Source: Phoronis australis (taxonomy: Eukaryota; Animalia; Phoronida). Taken from it: a stretch of 64,000 bases of DNA. A model generated the notes under the pieces. That model saw only the letters and a program-made list of their open reading frames with translations, was not told the DNA's origin and did no database searches. Made by a program: the position numbers and the translations under genes. The stretch spans positions 124,001 through 188,000 of the forward strand of contig NMRA01000101.1 of assembly GCA_002633005.1 (NCBI GenBank). Direction: 5' to 3'. This document shows, one piece after another, positions 1-57,421 of this stretch. The first letter of the stretch is position 1. The number at the start of each line of letters is the position of its first letter.

Positions 1-55
1 ATAATTTGAACAAATCGTTGAAATTCTGTCCCAGTTTGTTTTGAGTTTGTCTTAC

Positions 56-65
56 TGGGTGCCAT
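56..65 (-). CDS. Possible first coding mini-exon (ATG GCA CCC A, M-A-P) of a divergently transcribed gene running off the left edge
   Basis: The minus strand reads CTTCCTCAAAATGGCACCCA|GTAAGA: a pyrimidine start, a YY1/Kozak-like CAAAATGGC and a consensus donor. Confidence 0.35.
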
Positions 66-256
66 TTTGAGGAAGTTAATTGAAATCACGCATGTTGACG
101 AGTAAAAAGTCCAAGGGACACAAATGATACAAATTTCACCTGATACCCGTCCCATGCTATTTTGCAACTGTTACATACCAGTCTCTTGCTAGCCTAACTT
201 GTGTGACTGAGTTGAAATACTTTGTGGTTATCGTGCGTGCGAGGTGAAAAAGTTAA

Positions 257-1039
257 CGGTGACCAAAAAGTGGAGTTGGAATTCTTTGCCAAAGTCACCT
301 TAATTTTTGTAACTAAGTTTCATAGAAGATATGTGTATAAGTAGAAAGGACCTCTCAAGAAAGTAAGCACTTTTTAAGTGATAGTTTTAAGTGTGGAATG
401 TTATTTTTGATGAGGTGAAAACTCTTAATCGCTGACCGGATTTGGCCTACTGCCCGTTTAAAATATACGAGACGAAATTCATACAGAAAGCGTGTTGCCT
501 AAGCTGAGACCATTGACTGAACGTCAAAACGCAGCTAGTAAACGATGTGAGTATAAATTAGTAATTTCAGTAAACTTCGTTTTGTTAGTTTGCCAAAACG
601 GTATTTAAGGTCCTCTGCATCAACCTCTAGCACGTTCACCTGAATTTAGTTTTTGCTTCCCTGATATTCGCTTGATGCCAACCTATTTTACCTAGTCCTA
701 GCCAGTGTGGCTGTCTGGAGATGGACTATCGCGTGTTGGGCTCCAAGTAATTGTGTACAGTATGACGACATTAACCTACACACATGATTTTGGTATTCAA
801 TTCCTTGCAACGTTGTCTACCCTAAAATACATGAAAATGTTCCCTACCGTGTTGTTGCCCTGATTTTGCATGCAACCCTGCTGATGGTTAGATCTACATG
901 TTCATATAAGTTTCATGATGAAGTGACGAGAACAACTGCCCAGGCTGTGTGAAATTTTTGGGTCTAACGGAGCTTAACACGTAGTGGTACCTAGGCAACA
1001 TTATAGCGAAGAATTCCAACTCCACTTTTTTGGTCATCG
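257..1039. mobile_element. Non-autonomous DNA transposon (MITE) with ~30-bp TIRs
   Basis: cggtgaccaaaaagtggagttggaattctt at the left and its near-perfect inverse aagaattccaactccacttttttggtcatcg at the right; flanks AA / TA. Confidence 0.75.
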
Positions 1040-2616
1040 TACTATCACCCCTGTATGTCTGTGGCATTTATGGCGATATAATTGCCTAAGTGGTACTTAG
1101 CTGTACTTTGACTATAGTTTTCATACAGCTAGTTCGCTGGCTAATACCTATCTTGTTCATTATGCCGCTTTTAAGTGTCTAAAAGTATCTCAAGTTTTAT
1201 TAACAAAAATTGGCCATTTTTACAGTATTTCACATATTTCTAGCAGAATACCTTATCTTCATTCTCAGGTAACTGCAAATACGAAATATATACCATGTGG
1301 TGATTTAGCTGAACCACCTTGGTACTGCACAACCGCATGGAAATTTGTTTACTACTTAATCTCTTGACATGAGAAATTAGTAGACAAGTGACTTCAACTG
1401 AAAGTTTCTTAGCTCCACGGACATGAGTATGACTACAAACGTTCCCATGACCAGTGTGTCATGTCCTCTTAACACGCGTTTCTTGTTCTAACTTGTGGCA
1501 TATTTTCGTTTTTGGGATGCCCCACAGAAAAGTGAAAATAGTCACAGAGGTCATATATTAAGTTGTCACAACCAGTGCAATCGCAACACCACGGCATAAA
1601 CCACCATGATCACTGCTAATATTGGGTGATTTTTCATGTTAAACTCAATGGAAAGTTACTAATGCTGTGGTTGGTTGTCCTGATTATATGTAGTATCCAT
1701 CGACTGATAAATGCTCGTAGCTCGAGTTCAGCTAATTATCATAAAATCAGATGTTTGTGGGTGTTCAGTGCTTGGAATTTTCTTGTTTTAAAGGAATATC
1801 CTATTATTTGATTTCTAGTTTACTCTTTTTTCGTCATGTTTTCACTTTATTCATGCAAAAACGTTTATTTCAATTAAATTGTACAACACAAAAAATATTT
1901 CTATTACGCAAGGCTGTTTTGTGGAACGATACATCATCTGGAATAATTTCTGGGGTTTTTTTTTGCAATTTGTTATTCCAAGCCCTGGTGTTATAAGTTG
2001 AGAGCTGGTCGATTGGTGGGGTTGTTTTTACATGTTTTTGACATGACGTAGGTGATTTTAAGCACAATCTGATGTGTGCTATTTTCCTACTCTCCCCCTT
2101 TGTAACAAGGAAAAGTTGGTCGCATATTTCAAAAAGCACGCTTAGGACATGTCATATGTTTTGTGTGGTCTGTGACTTCATTGGAGACAACTTCACCGAA
2201 GCTAAATTTCCATGAGAATTTTGGTTTGCCTCTAGAAAATCACTCAAAACTTCCAACGAAGTGCAACCAATTGTGGCAGTTTGTGCGCAGTCTACTGAAT
2301 AAAAAACAGTGAATTGAAGAATTGGTGAATACAGATGTTGGTCAGCTGATAGTGCTCAGCTTGATGGTGGTCAGTGTTAATGCACAAACTTGCAGAATTA
2401 CGCTCTGTCTACATTCTCTTGTGCATGTAATCATATTAGCTTGAGGACTACGTTCAGCATAACATTAGTTTACAAATGTGACTACCGTATATGTCAGAGC
2501 CGTTATATTGTGAACAATGACCAGTGTCAGACCCAGATTTTGAGAGCAAGGTAATCACTTATGAACGATTTCATGACACGTTTTTTGTTGTTTTTTTTTT
2601 TACAGGTCTGCCTTGC

Positions 2617-46374
<43,758 letters not shown>

Positions 46375-47218
46375 GGCAACTAATAGGACTAGAAATCTCC
46401 TTTGTCGTGGAGGTAGGAAACACATTACATTGGTTTCGTTTTACAAATCGGGACTGATTTTAAGAATCGTGTCAGAAATATCACATCTAGGGACACTTCT
46501 TAAGTTTATCCAACTTCTGCTGTCGGGGTTACAGCTCATACCACAACAGTAAAACTTCGCTGGCATTGAAAGGTCAAATACAGTTAATGCAGTCAGTAAA
46601 ACATGCAAAAAGCTAGGCACCAACAAATAATATGAGAAACTCCAATGGCGTGAAAACGTAGAGAACTGCTTGACGAATGTTGCAGCATTGTGTTTAAATA
46701 CCATGCGATTCGAGCGACTATATATTTCTGGGGCCGTTCTATTTCCACGGGGGAATTAAATGAAGGGTTATTGGTCATCTTTTTTTATTATTTCCTGATG
46801 CGTCTGGCTAACTACTTGTGTTTTTAATTCATTGCACTTCATAGTTTGTGCATTGTTGTGATCAGGTGGATGTTCTTTGTTATGATGTTAGTAAGCTTAT
46901 TAAAAGGTCTGGCTTGTGGTGTTACACTCTGGACTGTGTATAGTCATGTATTTGTATGTGGGGAAATGTACAGGCGAAAGTATTGAGATTATATTTTTCA
47001 TTTTGGACATGGATTATGTGATGTTCATTTGCACTTTCCAGTAGGTTAACGAAATTTGCTTTTGTAAATTGTAAAAAGAGTCTTAAAGTGAGTGTGTGAC
47101 GTGTATATATGGCTGAGTTTGCATAGTAGGAGTTTGCTTTACTCTTCCAATGTTTAAGTTGGTCCTAATTATGGATTATACCAAGAATGAAGTTTCTTAC
47201 TGTGATGATATTGTCCAT

Positions 47219-47224
47219 AATAAA
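47219..47224 (+). terminator. Distal polyadenylation signal of the long isoform
   Basis: AATAAA ~850 nt after TAG 46374 with a downstream U-rich tract; ATTAAA variants at 46755 and 46898. Confidence 0.55.
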
Positions 47225-49985
47225 TAACTTGTCATCAGTAAGTAGTCTCTGTCTTCTCTTTATTTAGTAACACTAAGTAACAATTTCCTGATAGTTCATT
47301 TCTACTGTGTGTTCCACTCCCACTTTGGGCCAATTTTATGGGTCAGAGGAACTATTTCTTTTTTACGTCTTAAACATAATGTAGAGTTCACACACAATTT
47401 ATCGGTGGCAATGTCGGGAGGGGGTCCACTGTCTTGGTTGTGGTGTGGTATGAGTAGGATGTACTCAAATCCTGGACCAACCCAGTTTCAGGACAATTGT
47501 ACTGGATGTAAAGCTCCTTGAGGTGGACGAAATTTGCATAAATTTACTGTGTAAATGTATACTTACTACGCGTTCACAATGTGTGCGCTCTACGATCGTT
47601 TTCGTAAAGGCTGGCATCACTAGTAGCAGTGTCGGACTTAGACTTTGGGGTGGCGGGGGCACTTCACGTTCGGGAATGTACCTCACTTAACAGGTTAAGT
47701 ATGATCGTGGAATATTCTGATCGTGTACAACATTTCTTTTCCTACAGTAAGCTGCAAACACATGCATGAGCTGGTGTCCATGCATTACTGGTCGTGTCTG
47801 GAAACAAAATGCAAGTTGTGTTTTGTGATGTAGTTTGAAAGCAAGGTTTCGTGTCGCAACCACTGACTGAATCGGTTCTACCAAAGATAAACCCGAAACG
47901 TCTGGCTCATGGAGAAGACTGGTTTTGGCAAGAAAAGGAAGTTTTCTTCAGTACTTATCGGTTGAGTTTATGTTTGGGTTGACATCAGAGCGAACCAGTG
48001 GAGAAGAGAACAACCAGAAGGTTGATTGGAGCATGTTAAAAAAGAAAAATTTGAAAATGACCAATAGGTTGAACATTTCGGATGACGAAAGAGACATTTT
48101 ATGTGTTGCAAGAAGGACAACAGGATAGGTTAACTTGCTCTGTTCATCGTAAACTGTACTCCAAAAGTTCAATATTTTTTCCTGTCCAAAGTGAAATCAG
48201 GTACCATTTCTCGCTACCTTTTCCTTGAAACCTGATCCACTGACCAGTGCTCGAGATCTAATCCTTTTACTCGAAATCGAACTGATAATTATTTGTGGCA
48301 TATTTTCTTCACTTCTGTGCGAACTCGAAATAAGTGTCTATTGTCTCGTACTCGAGAAAATAAATATCTTGCGTGGATAAACGCCTAATCATGGTTTGCA
48401 CTTCTTGACCCAGGCATTGAGGCTAAAAGTTCGATATTCTGAGTCTACTCGAAATTTCGAGTTTTTACTCGAGTCTATAGCTCGAATATAGAGGTCATTA
48501 AGTGTGAACTTGGATTAAAGTCGTCTGCATAAAGCTTAATGTACCACAGCAAAACTAACAGACACTTATCTTGAGTTCGCACAAAGCGGAGCTGAAAATT
48601 ACAAAAAATACTTCGGAAGTTGTCATCCAACAATATACAATGTTCTTGACAGAGCTTTCCAGTTGAAGTTTAGGTAACTCTTCTGTGCGATTGATGTCAT
48701 TTTTGGTGAGTAATTATTGTGTAAACAAAAATGGCTTGGCCATTATACACCCGAGTTCAGGTTTACAACCTGGTGTATTTGCGTTTATACGGTAAAAATG
48801 CATACCGTATGTAAATATATACACGAGTGTAAATATGCACTCATTTGAACGGGGCTTAAGTGTATAATTATTGACTTTCTAAGGACCGAACTGCGTCTTA
48901 CAGAGAACAGAAAAAGGAAAGAATTGTGCGACGAAATGACGAAAACGCCCATGACTGCCTTGGGGAGGAAGATTTTACTCTGAGTAACCCTCAGTTCATA
49001 AGTTGTATACCCAATTCACATGCTGGCTAAAACACTAGCGTTAAGGCTTGCACTTTCGCTACTAGCAAATGCAACACCAGTGAGTGAACGGTAGCAAGGG
49101 GTCACTTTTGCTGACGCAATGTTGGAAGTTTGAGTTAGCCCAAGGAGGTTTTTGTTCTATCGCCACATCAATTAATTCTTGGCACAGAGAGGACATCAGT
49201 GTTTTGACATTAACTTTTGCGAAAAACTACTCCACAACTCGTGTGGGGAGGAAACAAACTAACGTGGGGAAAATTGTCCCCTTCGCGGACAGCTCGTCTA
49301 TATGGCTTGAATGCTAGCATTTTCGTTAGCATTTTAGTCAGTGAAGCAGCTAGAGTTTCGCCACTTAAGTCGTGAACCTAGTTATAGATTGTCACCGCCT
49401 TCTTATTACACAAATTTACCGCTAGTGTTTACAGTTTTTGCCGTTTCCAACGTCCAAACAGCAAAGGATATCAAACCCGCTTTTGGAATAATGTATGAAC
49501 CGATATTAAAAACAGCTTTCCTATCCAGTTCTCTGAAACACTGTAATGTTCTGTAACCCTCGACAACCCTAAAAAGTTTTAAGTAAAACTGACTTGAAAA
49601 CTAGTGCTAAACAAGCAAGCGTGGCCTACGCTTTCAGTAGGGTACTAGTGCACACCAATCCTGTATTGGCTCCCAAAGCCCACCGTATCATCTTGAGCAT
49701 TGAACGTAACTTACCGGGTGCGTAGGCGCTACGTTCAAATGCCAAAAGGTGGTTAGCTGCGCCTACGTGCGCCTTCGCCGCCCCACTACAGCACTGGGGC
49801 ACACTGTTGGGAAAGACCACGACCAATCAAGAACCATAATCAGATCTAATCCGTGACACAGAGAGTAATCTATGTTTAGCTGAACCATACTTTTGTCCTT
49901 CAAGTGGGTCGCCAATAATGCATTAGCAGGTGACAGAACGGGGATTGGTTAAAATCATAAAAACAGGGTTTAGTACCCTTTTAAG

Positions 49986-50237
49986 TAGTGCTATACCTGG
50001 GAGTAATATACGTTGATATTGGTCCTAGTGCTTTACCTGGGAGTAATATACATTAATATTGGTCCTAGTGCTATACCTGGGATGTAATATACATTGATAT
50101 TGGTCCTAGTGCTATACCTGGGAGTAATATACATTGATATTGGTCCTAGTGCTATACCTGGGAGTAATATATATTCATATTGGTCCTAGTTCTATACCTG
50201 GGAGTAATATACATTGATATAATTGGTCCTAGTGCTA
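49986..50237. repeat. Minisatellite, ~40 bp x 6
   Basis: tagtgctatacctgggagtaatatacattgatattggtcc repeated in tandem. Confidence 0.92.
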
Positions 50238-52299
50238 GAACGTCTTCTTGAACAAGAACTCACGTTCCACTCAAAGAAAATAAAGTGCCAAAACAAAAAT
50301 GAGTGACAACAATATCGCTTTATAGCTCTTACTTCAGTGAAAATGCAAGGGGAGGGACTGCCTGCGTTGGGGGTGGGGCGCCGGGGTGGTGTTGTGTTGC
50401 CAGTGCTTTGGCTTTCGACGTCATGTGCTTGTGAAAATCAATAGCCTGTTGATATTTATTTCTCAGTGATTACAACTCAGCTCCATATGAAAAGCCACCG
50501 TCGACGAAGTCACAGCTGTAAAAATGCTAACGTAAACTATATTTTTTTCAAACTGAGAGGTGGGGCAGCAAATTTGGTTAAAATTAAACCTGCTACCGCG
50601 TTCTGACAAAATATCTGGGGCTTTCGATTGATTCCACTTGCAGTGAAACACATCTGATGGTTGGAAATGATTTATTTGCTACAGAAGAACAGTACACTCC
50701 TTCAGATCACTATTCTGAGTGGATAAATAGTTTATGACTTATGGAGCATATGGATCGACACGAGCAAAAAAACGAACCTTGTCTGTTCTTTCAGTGCCAA
50801 TGAACAGGAAGGCATTACTAAGATTAGTAATGCCTTCCTGTTAGAAACCATTTATAATCTTAGTGGCGAAGAATTCGATATTAATTTTTGCCGGTACGTG
50901 GTCGGGTCTAGTGAGTAAAGTTAATCCTCTACAGAAGGCGGCGCTTGTTCATCTATGTACCATTCTGTTATTGTAATGGCTAACTATTTGGCCTTTTGAG
51001 GGTACAACAGCGTGTAATAAACGTCGAAAATGCTGAAAAAAATTCTTGACCAGAGCACGAATATTCACCGCAGGTCACTATGAGCAGACTATCGTCTCAA
51101 CATGTGAGACGGATACCGGTCGCAACCGATTACTAAAGATTTCATTAAAAACCAAACACATCTGTTCACAGTTCATTCCCTAGGTAATAGGCCAAAACAC
51201 AATACATGTTGTGTAACCTCATTCGCTTGAGGCTGTTAAAATATCAGCTGGACAATGTTTGCCGATCTGCCCTGACTGACACGAGCATTATCTTGATGAA
51301 GCAACCTTCTTTTATGTCCCATTCGCTATGAAGAATGTGTTCTCCCACCGCGTCTATTATGTGAAAGTAGTAAAGGACAAATCGCTACAGTCGTCTCGAT
51401 TCTTTCAACACGAGCTAGTGCTCGGGCGCCTTGTGCATGCACTGTGGAACTAATGCATCTCTTAACCCTTATGTCACGATTATCATGTGCAACACGTCTG
51501 TGCTACGTCAACCTACTGATTCAACACTGTAGAAGTCGAACCAGTGCTGCGGGTGTGTATTCAACGATATGGACCAAAAAGTAAATTAATGGTTTACATG
51601 AATTACGGAATTCTCTACTAAGTCAACTCGGCGAACTAATGTTGGTTGATGCAAGTTATTTGGATACGTACTTGAAATTTGTGGAAATTTTTGCCGTGTA
51701 CGTCGTAGAGCACCGAAAAGGTAAATATCTTCAGTAATTTCATATATAGGTGGAAATTAATTGACTCGGTAGAGAACAAGATTAGTTTCATTTCCCACTC
51801 TACTAAAGGTCACCAGACCAAGGAGAATTTTCCCAGCGTGATCAAACTAAAAGGTTCAAAAAACCTTCTGAGTCTGGATAGATTGGGCATAAGACACGTC
51901 ATTCAAATCTTGGCGGCCACTGTAATCTAGCCCGACACAGTCACGTTGCTAGGCAATATATTTTCTCAATCGCATGGGCGCAACCGGGGGTGGAGCTCTG
52001 GGGGTTCGAACAATTGGGCAATAAGGTCCGCTTCAATGAAACAAAAAGTCCGAGCAAACGAGACAAAAGTCCGCAGGAATTCGGCGCGGACGCACAACTT
52101 ACGTAGGCCTGAATCTAGTGGCCCCGTTTTGTTTGTTTTTTTATAGTCCTCGTTGAATTTTTTCTGTGAAAGGTCCGCATACTGAAAATTCGAGCCCCCC
52201 TATATTTTAGGCTGGGTGCGCGCATGAATCGTTAGATGTTTATAAAATAGTTAAATGTAATTGTGTAGTGGAAAAATACATAACATGTCTAGAAAATAG

Positions 52300-52700
52300 T
52301 TTTCACAGAGTAGCCCTCGCAAGTTTCAGATGCCCGCGCATTCTTTAGTGATTGTTCAGGGAAGGTTTATTGGACTTGATAGAGAGGAGAAAATATGCCC
52401 CTGCTGTGACAGTGGGAAAGTGGAAACACGATTACACTTTCTTCTCGAATGCAATTTATATTCTGATCTGCTGTTCTTACCAAGATACGATAAGGTGGAC
52501 GAGATAGTGTTCAGGAATTTTTTACAGACTCATGATTTAACTGTCCTAAGAAAAGTTGCTAGGTATTTAATTTATGCGCAGAAAAGTCGAAATGAGTTCC
52601 GTGATATGAATTAATTTAGATTTGAAAAATCTTGTACACTGTCTATGTATTATATATTTGTATTGTGGGCTGGAGGCCTGTTACATGAAATAAACCAATC
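52300..52700 (+). mobile_element. 5'-truncated non-LTR retrotransposon remnant (ORF2 C-terminal Cys/His region plus 3' UTR)
   Basis: HSLVIVQGRF..REEKICPCC..VETRLHFLLECNLY motif typical of LINE ORF2 C-termini; AATAAA near 52690. Confidence 0.72.
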
Positions 52701-54449
52701 ATATACGGGGAGCCCAGTGTGTCCCGAATGAGATACTGACGTTGAAACCCCTAAACACCTGGTAGAGTCTTGCCCAGCTTTCTACAGACTAAAGAGCAAC
52801 CTACTGGATGACACTGTTACATGCCTACAACATATAGTGCATGGCAATAAATGGAAACGTCTGCCCCTTTTCTTAAAGGAGACAGGCATATTTCCTTAAT
52901 TCACGAAGAACCATAACGGGGCTCTCGTGCTTTTAGCTCAGGTGTTTTGTGCACTGGGCCCAACCAAGAGGCCTGCGCATGTCTGATGCACCGCCAACGA
53001 CACCAGACCACCTGCACTGTTTTTTTTTGCTTTTATTTTTTTTTTGTTTTTTAATGTCGCCTCGCAGCCAGCACTGTAGTTGTTTAACGCTCTAAAATGC
53101 TGTTGAGACTGCCTGACAAAAACTTCTGAAACAGGGTCATTGCAGACCGGGTATTATTCTCATTTTTAAATTATAATAATAACCACAGTATCAACAATGT
53201 TGTTGAAGATGAGGATTCTCACTATTAATGGACAGGGTCAGGCTCCTCTTTCACGAAATTTTCAACGTTGGAGTCTACTCGCCATAGTCAATTCAACGAA
53301 TTAACCTTAAAAAGATATCTCCAAATAAGAAGATTGCGCGTCTGGCCAAATCCTCGTTGGACAAGATCCACATCGACTCAATAAATGAATTAAGTGAGGC
53401 GGATTTGGAGAATCGCACTGAAATGTCGCTAGTGAGTTTGAGATCTGTCTGTGCCCCACAAAAACGTGATTCATCGCCTACGCCATTCGTATAACAAAAA
53501 AAAGCTATTATTGTCGACAACTTGTGAATGTCACCTGTTGGCGAAAACAAGAAGCAGGCGAAGCTAGTGATTAAAGATTTCGTATCATTTCGCCAACCAA
53601 GACATGCGCGTATGACTCCATATGCTTCGACTTTGAGATTATCGGAAGCTCCAGCCGGGTGTCGGCAACTAAAATCACCAAAATGAAGCAGCCACTGACC
53701 TGACAAAAACTGCCCGATCATGTTAGGTATCTGGATACAACTCAATCGTAGAGATCAGACGGGCATTGCCGATATGTGTGGCATAAGAGACGTTTTCGTT
53801 AACCCACTTGATGCGAATTACGAAGCAGGTTACTTCAAGTCGAAAACGGTGTCTCAAACCAATCAACGACATTGTGAAAAAAAAACTTCCATCCCAAGAC
53901 ATCAGCAAGTGGAACTGGGTGTCAGAAGACATCAGTTTTAATGGGGCTGATGAACCCACTTCAAACTGGTCGTCTAGGGCGTCAACAAGTAAAGAAAATT
54001 GTCAAGTCAGTAACCACTTTTGAAAAACTTGACCACTCCTTTCACATTTTCACTTATCGTTCCTCTTCATTTCATTGTGGAGTCTATCTTCAATTGACGG
54101 TTGAAACCAATTGCTGCCACTACAAGGAAATAAAGTTCAATTTGATTTGTTTATTGGCTTATTTCACGATTTTTATGTTTCGACAGTACGTGGGAATGAA
54201 AATTAGCTACAAGTAAAGATTTTCGCCGATAAAATTTCGGCCTACAACTGTATCGCCCTCATAGATCGTGACAAGGCCCATCATTTGCTTAGTGGTAATA
54301 GTGTACCGTGGGAATTTTTAAATGAGAGAAGGTAATCTAGCCATGAAAACCATGCCCACCTGATTGTCACGTCAGGTATGCACCAAGAGAATATCTTCAG
54401 TCAGTTGCCAGTTCCATAGGCGCAGCATTAGCCCCCCCCAACCCCCCCC

Positions 54450-54814
54450 NNNNNNNNNNNNNNNNNNNNNNNNNNNNNNNNNNNNNNNNNNNNNNNNNNN
54501 NNNNNNNNNNNNNNNNNNNNNNNNNNNNNNNNNNNNNNNNNNNNNNNNNNNNNNNNNNNNNNNNNNNNNNNNNNNNNNNNNNNNNNNNNNNNNNNNNNNN
54601 NNNNNNNNNNNNNNNNNNNNNNNNNNNNNNNNNNNNNNNNNNNNNNNNNNNNNNNNNNNNNNNNNNNNNNNNNNNNNNNNNNNNNNNNNNNNNNNNNNNN
54701 NNNNNNNNNNNNNNNNNNNNNNNNNNNNNNNNNNNNNNNNNNNNNNNNNNNNNNNNNNNNNNNNNNNNNNNNNNNNNNNNNNNNNNNNNNNNNNNNNNNN
54801 NNNNNNNNNNNNNN
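54450..54814. other. Assembly gap flanked by C-rich simple sequence
   Basis: Ns in the sequence. Confidence 0.98.
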
Positions 54815-56738
54815 CCCAACACCCCCTCAACCCCACCCTCAATACCCCCCCTCCAACGAACGTGACAGCCGAAAAAAGAATTTAAAAAAGCCGTAGTCAA
54901 GCCGTCGATATACTTTACGGGGGTAATTTCTCCATTTTCCTTTCAATTTGTGGTTTGGTCCTGCTCTGCGACATCCTATAGATCCCAAGTAATTCCAACA
55001 TAATAATCTTTAACTCATCTGAAGATATTACAGGCTATTAACAGCACTCAGTGTGTAGACTATAAGTGAAAGGCTGTATTCAAGTAAACACACCTCTGGT
55101 CCTAATTACAACGTATTGCTGTACGCAGAATGACAAGAGCTGGCTGTACGCAAGGCAAAACTAGAGGGAAATGCATAAACACTATTTATGCGTAATATTT
55201 CTGAACGAAGTCGTCAAATACGGGCACCGTGGTGCAGTGAAATAATTAGCATGAGGGCAGCAAAGCTTATTTTGTGTACGTGTCCTGAAAATGTTGAAGC
55301 CACGTTTCCGTAAACTATATGACAAAAAGGACCAAGCGACAATGGTCATGCCGTATTGTTGCAATATTATGATAAATAGTAGTCATAAAACCTACTGTAG
55401 GTACAAAGAAATCCAGAAAGAATTGCTGCGAAATCTGTGCTCAACTGACATGAAGGACACCATATACACGTTTCGTTGGCCGAGTACAACATACGTCCGA
55501 TTTATTTATGTAAAAATTCTCGAATAATGACAGAAATAATTCTTTAGCTAAGAGGACAGGTATTATGAAAATGATGAATAATTACAGTAGTAAAGAATAA
55601 TTAGGTCAGAAATAAATATTTTTGACAGTAGCAAATTAGCAAATTTGTAGACCAGAAGCTTGGACAGTGGCAGTGACAAATACTGATAACAGTAACAAAC
55701 TAGCTTTTGAGTGACTTTTTTATCACTCTGATAAGAATTTATTACTGTTCCAATTATTTTATTATTGTCACTATCTCTGGTTTCTGGTTGACTGCTGTTA
55801 TAGATATTCATTACTACATTAATTATTCATTACTGTCACTTTTGAGTTCTGATATATCTAAAAATTACTAACTTCATAATTCGATAATTATGACACTTAG
55901 TCTTATACATAGAACAAATAGAACACATGTTGCATTGGCCAACCATACACGGGCGAAGTGGCACGTACACAAGATCCATGCAGATGTCTATACTCCAAAC
56001 GTTAGCTGTATGAACAATCATGCATATTCCGCGACTCGAGTCCCAACTCAGGCCAATGATAAGTTAATGATTCACTAAGATACAGTTCTTCACTCTTGTG
56101 AAGCTTTCTTACTCCGATCTGTCGCACTAATCACCAAATGCCAGGAAACGACTAATTGAGTCACATGGAGTACATCAACATTAACTAATAATTGATTAAA
56201 CAGTGTGAGTTGGCCCAGAAAACACGTCTACGGGCAGCAAATGTCAAATTCTGAATGCTCTATGTGTAAACGCCCCACTGTCTGGGCAATTGACACCAGA
56301 AGTTGTAACACAGTTGTGGTACTAGGCCTACTTCATTGGCATTGGAGGGATGAATACAGTAATGCAGCCGAGAAAACTGATAAAAATATCACAACAAAGA
56401 GCACGTGTGGAACTCCAATGGCGCGAAATCCGTGAATTACAAAAATGCTTCACGGATTTTGCGGTACTGTGGGTAAATACGTCGAGCTTCGAGTATATAA
56501 TCCGATACGGTCCATGCTCGCACCCAGCAAAATAAAGGGGGTCTCGAATTTTTCGATATGCGTACCTTTTACTAAAAGAAATCAACGAGGACTAAAAGAA
56601 ATGGGACCACTAGGCTCAGGCCGCGCCGACTTCCCGTTGATTTTGTGGACTTCTTTCTCGTTTACTCGGACTTTTGTTTCACTGAGGTGGACCTTTTTTG
56701 CCTAATTCGCCAAATTGGGGGGCCCATTCGACCCCCCC

Positions 56739-57421
56739 NNNNNNNNNNNNNNNNNNNNNNNNNNNNNNNNNNNNNNNNNNNNNNNNNNNNNNNNNNNNNN
56801 NNNNNNNNNNNNNNNNNNNNNNNNNNNNNNNNNNNNNNNNNNNNNNNNNNNNNNNNNNNNNNNNNNNNNNNNNNNNNNNNNNNNNNNNNNNNNNNNNNNN
56901 NNNNNNNNNNNNNNNNNNNNNNNNNNNNNNNNNNNNNNNNNNNNNNNNNNNNNNNNNNNNNNNNNNNNNNNNNNNNNNNNNNNNNNNNNNNNNNNNNNNN
57001 NNNNNNNNNNNNNNNNNNNNNNNNNNNNNNNNNNNNNNNNNNNNNNNNNNNNNNNNNNNNNNNNNNNNNNNNNNNNNNNNNNNNNNNNNNNNNNNNNNNN
57101 NNNNNNNNNNNNNNNNNNNNNNNNNNNNNNNNNNNNNNNNNNNNNNNNNNNNNNNNNNNNNNNNNNNNNNNNNNNNNNNNNNNNNNNNNNNNNNNNNNNN
57201 NNNNNNNNNNNNNNNNNNNNNNNNNNNNNNNNNNNNNNNNNNNNNNNNNNNNNNNNNNNNNNNNNNNNNNNNNNNNNNNNNNNNNNNNNNNNNNNNNNNN
57301 NNNNNNNNNNNNNNNNNNNNNNNNNNNNNNNNNNNNNNNNNNNNNNNNNNNNNNNNNNNNNNNNNNNNNNNNNNNNNNNNNNNNNNNNNNNNNNNNNNNN
57401 NNNNNNNNNNNNNNNNNNNNN
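56739..57421. other. Assembly gap
   Basis: Ns in the sequence. Confidence 0.98.

Noticed and set aside
48245-48491. Possible hAT MITE with ctcga-rich ends
   Set aside because: The right TIR is too degenerate and I could not identify a TSD.
49986-50237. Regular ~40-bp repeats resembling a CRISPR array
   Set aside because: Head-to-tail units with no unique spacers, eukaryotic context and no cas genes.
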